From IMG/VR virus record IMGVR_UViG_3300025712_000001: a stretch of 58,105 nt of DNA; one strand, 5' to 3'. Both the position numbers and the translations under genes were made by a program. Positions 54,330 through 58,105 of the stretch are shown here, piece after piece. The notes below the pieces were generated by a model. That model had not been told where the DNA came from and made no database searches. It was given only the letters and a program-made list of their open reading frames with translations. Positions within the stretch are counted from its first letter, which is position 1; each line of letters opens with the position of its first letter. This DNA is from a virus.

Positions 54330-54632
54330 TTAAACTTTATGATACATATATACACGCTCATCTGTTTGAGCAGAAGTACCGTGTGCTGTTTTAACATTAA
54401 CCATTGTAGCCGCACCATGAGAGCCGGTATGTAAATAGTTAAGATAACTGTTAGCAGGTATTGTATGTGATAGACCTGGTGAGTGATGTGCACCGCCTAT
54501 ATGAAGATCTAAAGTTATTGTTGAATCAGTTTCGTTTACAAACAATACATTTTTATTTCCGCTTGTTGTTGTTACTGCGCCGCCTGCTTGTGCAGCGCCA
54601 ACTCCATCAGCGCCTATAATTACGTGTGCCAT
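54330..54632 (-). CDS. Hypothetical protein, 100 aa
   Basis: ORF track; TAATG overlap with the portal stop. Confidence 0.5.
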   Translation of the reverse strand: MAHVIIGADGVGAAQAGGAVTTTSGNKNVLFVNETDSTITLDLHIGGAHHSPGLSHTIPANSYLNYLHTGSHGAATMVNVKTAHGTSAQTDERVYMYHKV

Positions 54633-56800
54633 TATTGATTTTCTCCTTCGTTATTAGGTTGTAGCAAATTTCGTGACATCATTAAGATCTCACTATATTC
54701 TGGATGAGGCGGTAATGTTGCGCCTTCCTTAGTTGCTTTAATAGTAAGATCTGCCCACTCTTGGAAATGTCTATCGATTGCTACTGCTAATTGCTTAGAG
54801 TTATCATCGACTGTATTCTTTGCCTGAGCGTTAGTGTAATTTACGTTTGCCTCCGCTAAAGCGGTATTCGCTGTAGCTAAACGTTTAGTATTCTCTACAT
54901 CAGCTTGAGCTCCCTCAGATTGCTGCTGTAATGCTTCAGCTGCCTTCTGTTGGAAATCAGGTTGAGTATAATCTTCAAGGAAATCATTACTATCTATATC
55001 CATAGCTTCTATTAACTTAGTAGCTAATACTGCTGGTGCTGCAGGTTTAATTACAGATCCAGCACCTTGTTGATTTAATCCTGGTAGTATCTCTCCACCA
55101 ATCTTAGAAAGCTTTGCTATCTTAGTACTGTTAGAATTTTCACCAATGTCTAGTAGTATTTCTACATCCATAGTCTCTGGTAACAAATCCATATTAACAG
55201 TAGAAAATACACCTGCAAAATTAAAAGTTGTTTTACCTTTCATAGAAGCTTTTAATGTATCATACAAACCAGATATTAATCTTTTATACCCTGTTTCTGC
55301 AAACCTTCTAGCAATATGCTGTATACGTTTTTGAGATGCGCTTTGTACAGCTGATATCTTTTGCTCAGAGTTTCCTGATACATATAGCGTATCATTTAAA
55401 CCTTGCGCAGCTTTAGACATACCAGTAGCTTGTTCTTTAATCATTTGTAAGTGTTCAAGCAAAGGTACAGTACCAGTTGATATAGCTTCAGGCGGCATCT
55501 GGAATACAGCGCCTTGTGGATTACCATTAGTCGGTATGATTTGTTTAGGCTTCATATTCTGCAGTGCAGAAAAGTCTACAACATTAGGATCAGCTAGCTT
55601 AGGTGCATAGTTAGTAAGATAAGTATTTTCTACAAAACCCCTAAGTATAGCAGTCGATGCGAGTGTTGAAGATCTAGTGAAGTCGGCCATTGATAAACCG
55701 TAGTATTCGTGTGGTATATCAATAGGAACAATATCAGCAAGTGGTATACTTGTTGCATCTTCTTCATGTAAGATAGTAGTACCAGCTGATATGATATGTT
55801 TTAATTCTGCAATACCATCACCGTCTCTGTCTACATGTATCCAACATTCCGTAATAGTAACTTCACGTAATGCTTCTAATCCCATCTCTCCAGTATATTG
55901 GTTTGAGCCTTGTGTATATTCTTGCCCTGTTATTTCTTTTCTAGCAGCAACATCTTGCGAATAGCCTAATGAACCTGCCCAAGTTTCTCCATCAAGCTCG
56001 TCCCAATTATCTATAGACTCTGCCATTTCTGGATATAGCTTACGTATCTCAGATCGAGTAAGACTACTTTGAATACCAACAAATGTTGCATCTTCTAATG
56101 TAGTAGCATCTCGAGAAATGCGAAAGTTTTCTGGTGGAACTAACTCTAATTTAATTTTTGATTTGTTAATCTGTTTTCTGCAACGTACGTTTACATAAAC
56201 TAACTCTACTTCTGGCCCTGCTGTTGGATCTTCGCTAGGTTGTACTGCTCTATTTTCAAATTCAAGTGCGCCAACAATTTCGTTACTATCATCAGATAAA
56301 AGTTCATCTAGCTTAGTCTGAGATATCTCGTCATATTCTTCAAATACGTAGTCATAATCCTCTATATAGCCCCAACGTATTACAGAATTCTTCCATAATA
56401 GCGCAGATTTCATCCATTGTTCTAGTATATCCCAACCATTATTCTGTTTAAATATAGTGTAATTTACTAGGGCTCCAGCATCTTTTGCACCCTTAAATGC
56501 GCCAGGTGTATCGTCCCATGGTAGAAATCTACCGATACGCTGGTTGCTTAGAAACAAATCTGACAATACAGCTGTATATGCTTCTACAACTTCTGTAGTA
56601 GACGTATCAACAATAGCTGATACACCTTGTGGTGCTAGATGTGATACAGCTAAACCTGCATATTCGTAGGTAGCTTTAAGTCTTTCACGTGCTAAGTCTG
56701 ATGAATTTAACCAATCGCCTGTAGAGTTCATTACTCCCTGGTCAATTACGTTAATCAGTTCTTCATCAGTTACTTTTTCTTTATATCCATCTGCAGACAT
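54632..56800 (-). CDS. Portal protein
   Basis: 722 aa. It lies between the terL-proximal small genes and the scaffold/capsid genes. The N-terminal pattern RERLKATYEYAG...GVSAIVDTSTTEVVEAYTAVLSDLF is typical of podovirus portals. Confidence 0.8.
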   Translation of the reverse strand: MSADGYKEKVTDEELINVIDQGVMNSTGDWLNSSDLARERLKATYEYAGLAVSHLAPQGVSAIVDTSTTEVVEAYTAVLSDLFLSNQRIGRFLPWDDTPGAFKGAKDAGALVNYTIFKQNNGWDILEQWMKSALLWKNSVIRWGYIEDYDYVFEEYDEISQTKLDELLSDDSNEIVGALEFENRAVQPSEDPTAGPEVELVYVNVRCRKQINKSKIKLELVPPENFRISRDATTLEDATFVGIQSSLTRSEIRKLYPEMAESIDNWDELDGETWAGSLGYSQDVAARKEITGQEYTQGSNQYTGEMGLEALREVTITECWIHVDRDGDGIAELKHIISAGTTILHEEDATSIPLADIVPIDIPHEYYGLSMADFTRSSTLASTAILRGFVENTYLTNYAPKLADPNVVDFSALQNMKPKQIIPTNGNPQGAVFQMPPEAISTGTVPLLEHLQMIKEQATGMSKAAQGLNDTLYVSGNSEQKISAVQSASQKRIQHIARRFAETGYKRLISGLYDTLKASMKGKTTFNFAGVFSTVNMDLLPETMDVEILLDIGENSNSTKIAKLSKIGGEILPGLNQQGAGSVIKPAAPAVLATKLIEAMDIDSNDFLEDYTQPDFQQKAAEALQQQSEGAQADVENTKRLATANTALAEANVNYTNAQAKNTVDDNSKQLAVAIDRHFQEWADLTIKATKEGATLPPHPEYSEILMMSRNLLQPNNEGENQ

Positions 56801-56955
56801 TAGTATTTTCCTCCAGCTGAATATATCTTTTTAGAGTCTTCTAAATTCTTTACATTATACTGGCCTGCTTTAGGTAAAGGTTTCTTATGTGATTCCTTTG
56901 GAGGCTTCTGCTTATGTGTCTGTGCAATAAATCTTGTTTCTTCTTTTTTATTCAT
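56800..56955 (-). CDS. Small basic protein, 51 aa (not in ORF track)
   Basis: GGGAG SD; TAATG overlap with the portal start. The product is MNKKEETRFIAQTHKQKPPKESHKKPLPKAGQYNVKNLEDSKKIYSAGGKY. Confidence 0.4.
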   Translation of the reverse strand: MNKKEETRFIAQTHKQKPPKESHKKPLPKAGQYNVKNLEDSKKIYSAGGKY

Positions 56956-56979
56956 GATCCACTCCCGGGTTCATTCAAT

Positions 56980-57126
56980 CTATGATCGTTTACTTAAAGG
57001 GCCTTTTCTTTTAATTGGCACGCAGTTATCTACTGTCCTGCCACCTTTCTTTTTAGTACCCATACGTTTATATCCTTTCCAGCATGCTTTGCCGTCTACA
57101 CCTTTACTCTTTTTACTTTTTACCAT
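56980..57126 (-). CDS. Small highly basic Cys-containing protein, 48 aa (not in ORF track)
   Basis: MVKSKKSKGVDGKACWKGYKRMGTKKKGGRTVDNCVPIKRKGPLSKRS. The start overlaps the end of the upstream ORF. I counted 49 codons. Confidence 0.45.
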   Translation of the reverse strand: MVKSKKSKGVDGKACWKGYKRMGTKKKGGRTVDNCVPIKRKGPLSKRS

Positions 57127-57392
57127 TTTACTTTATCCGCCCAATAAGCTGCAGATAAAGGACCTCTTGCAATATTAGCTCCGTGTCTTGCTTTAAAAGA
57201 TTTCTGTCTTGCTTTATCTTTTTTACTTGATGGATTAGCTCCTGCACCTGATACTCCTTTTTGTCCGAATCTTATCAATTTCTCTTTACCTCCAGATCTT
57301 GCAAGTACTGCGTGCGATTTAGTTTTATGGTTAGGAGTGCGCTTAGGTTTATTATAACCTGAAAACGTTTCTCCTGATTTTTCTATAGACAT
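57120..57392 (-). CDS. Small basic protein, 90 aa
   Basis: ORF track; AAGAGGA SD. Confidence 0.55.
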   Translation of the reverse strand: MSIEKSGETFSGYNKPKRTPNHKTKSHAVLARSGGKEKLIRFGQKGVSGAGANPSSKKDKARQKSFKARHGANIARGPLSAAYWADKVKW

Positions 57393-57405
57393 TTAATATC
57401 CTCTT

Positions 57406-57717
57406 TTAATCTTTACTATTCATACCTACTGCAGATCCTGTAAGTATAGCACCAAATGCTAAATGAAACAGCCCACCACCCATAAGGGTAAACGGGTTAT
57501 GCTGGCCAGTTAGTTTTTTCATTAATTCCATTTGTACCATAGGTTCTTTTGTAGAGTTTATTATTTCCATGAATTGTGAAATATCAGGTCTATTTATTCC
57601 GTACCATATCGGGACGAACATAAAGTCATAAAAACACACTAGCAGGTACAAACTTAAAGCTGCCCATCTCCATGTCATAGTAGATTTCTGTTGAGCTGTT
57701 AATTCTTTAAAGGACAT
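57406..57717 (-). CDS. Membrane protein with two predicted TM segments, 103 aa
   Basis: WRWAALSLYLLVCFYDFMFVPIWY and GGGLFHLAFGAILTGSAVG. Confidence 0.55.
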   Translation of the reverse strand: MSFKELTAQQKSTMTWRWAALSLYLLVCFYDFMFVPIWYGINRPDISQFMEIINSTKEPMVQMELMKKLTGQHNPFTLMGGGLFHLAFGAILTGSAVGMNSKD

Positions 57718-57718
57718 G

Positions 57719-57820
57719 TTATATACACGGAGGTGTACATTTCATATTGCTTGCTCCAATAAATATAATAGTGACAAACACAAGTAACACAACAGCAATT
57801 ATTATCCATTTATTAAACAT
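57719..57820 (-). CDS. Small membrane peptide, 33 aa (not in ORF track)
   Basis: AAGGAG SD 8 nt upstream. The product is MFNKWIIIAVVLLVFVTIIFIGASNMKCTPPCI. The stop lies 1 nt before ATG 57717. Confidence 0.4.
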   Translation of the reverse strand: MFNKWIIIAVVLLVFVTIIFIGASNMKCTPPCI

Positions 57821-57887
57821 TAGAAATCTCCTTATAGGTGGCGGATTTATCCCCTACTTCCGCCGGAGTAGTGAGGACACTGGAATC

Positions 57888-58105
57888 TTATAGCCACAAA
57901 GTATCATCTTGATCTTCCATTGAAAACTGTTGAGACCACGGTACTTTATTAAGCGTTAGTTTATCATAGTGCGTACGTAATGTTTCTAAAGCAATAGCTG
58001 TTGCCATAACTGTATCATCATGACAGCCAGGTGCTGCTTCAGTCTTACCTGATTCTGTAGCAATATAATCTCTTATTTCTTGTATCATTATTTTAGATGG
58101 TATTA
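57888..58105 (-). CDS. terL: Terminase large subunit, C-terminal end (continuation of 1..1577 across the circular junction)
   Basis: ...IQEIRDYIATESGKTEAAPGCHDDTVMATAIALETLRTHYDKLTLNKVPWSQQFSMEDQDDTLWL ends at a stop at 57888. Bases 57979..58105 duplicate 1..127. Confidence 0.9.
   Translation of the reverse strand, partial: IPSKIMIQEIRDYIATESGKTEAAPGCHDDTVMATAIALETLRTHYDKLTLNKVPWSQQFSMEDQDDTLWL
57979..58105. repeat. 127-bp terminal overlap, identical to 1..127
   Basis: See feature 1..127. Confidence 0.95.

Noticed and set aside
57840-57871. Hairpins just downstream of the terL stop (GGCGGA...TCCGCC and CTACTTCCGCCGGAGTAG), considered as a terminator.
   Set aside because: No U-tract follows on the transcribed strand. 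The next ORF starts ~20 nt later with a good SD, and the operon must continue to the portal gene. At most this is a minor attenuator.
1-58105. Search for tRNA genes, integrase or excisionase, transposases, a reverse transcriptase (DGR) and CRISPR arrays.
   Set aside because: I found no cloverleaf-like segments in the few intergenic regions and no recombinase or RT motifs in any ORF. The genome looks strictly lytic. A tRNAscan or profile search would be needed to be certain.

Overview
This window is a complete, circularly closed genome of a lytic, AT-rich, podovirus-type dsDNA phage. The unique length is 57,978 bp. Bases 57979..58105 repeat bases 1..127 exactly, so terL is split across the window ends. 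Canonical Shine-Dalgarno sites, lipoboxes and signal peptides suggest a Gram-negative host. Two arms diverge from about 1580-1670.

The rightward arm (+ strand, 2045..19364) carries:
- small early genes;
- a nucleotide-modification block: a DUF1599-like protein, a T4 gp42-type dCMP hydroxymethylase, a MazG-like NTP pyrophosphatase, a tryptophan-halogenase-family flavoenzyme and two unknown ORFs;
- T7-type replication genes: gp2.5-like SSB, family A DNA polymerase, 5'-3' exonuclease, RusA and primase-helicase;
- a dCMP deaminase and a compact T7-like RNA polymerase.

The leftward arm (- strand, 1577 wrapping to 19411) carries terL, portal, scaffold, major capsid, two tail fibres with S74 chaperone domains, an envelope/lysis cluster, a class II ribonucleotide reductase, a 1427-aa nozzle-like protein and three virion proteins of more than 1200 aa each.

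The two strongest leads are:
1. A hydroxymethyl-cytosine-type operon with a flavin-dependent halogenase homologue and unknown partners embedded in it.
2. A second, cryptic single-subunit RNA polymerase (1216 aa) at the end of the ejection-protein operon. It has T7/N4-type motifs A, B and C with T7-like spacing.

Recurrent non-coding elements are also present: a T7-promoter-like 18-mer (4 copies), a 23-nt hairpin element (3 copies) and two homologous bidirectional terminators. I saw no tRNA, CRISPR array, integrase or transposase. All functional calls come from motif recognition by eye and from recalled family knowledge. No database search was run.
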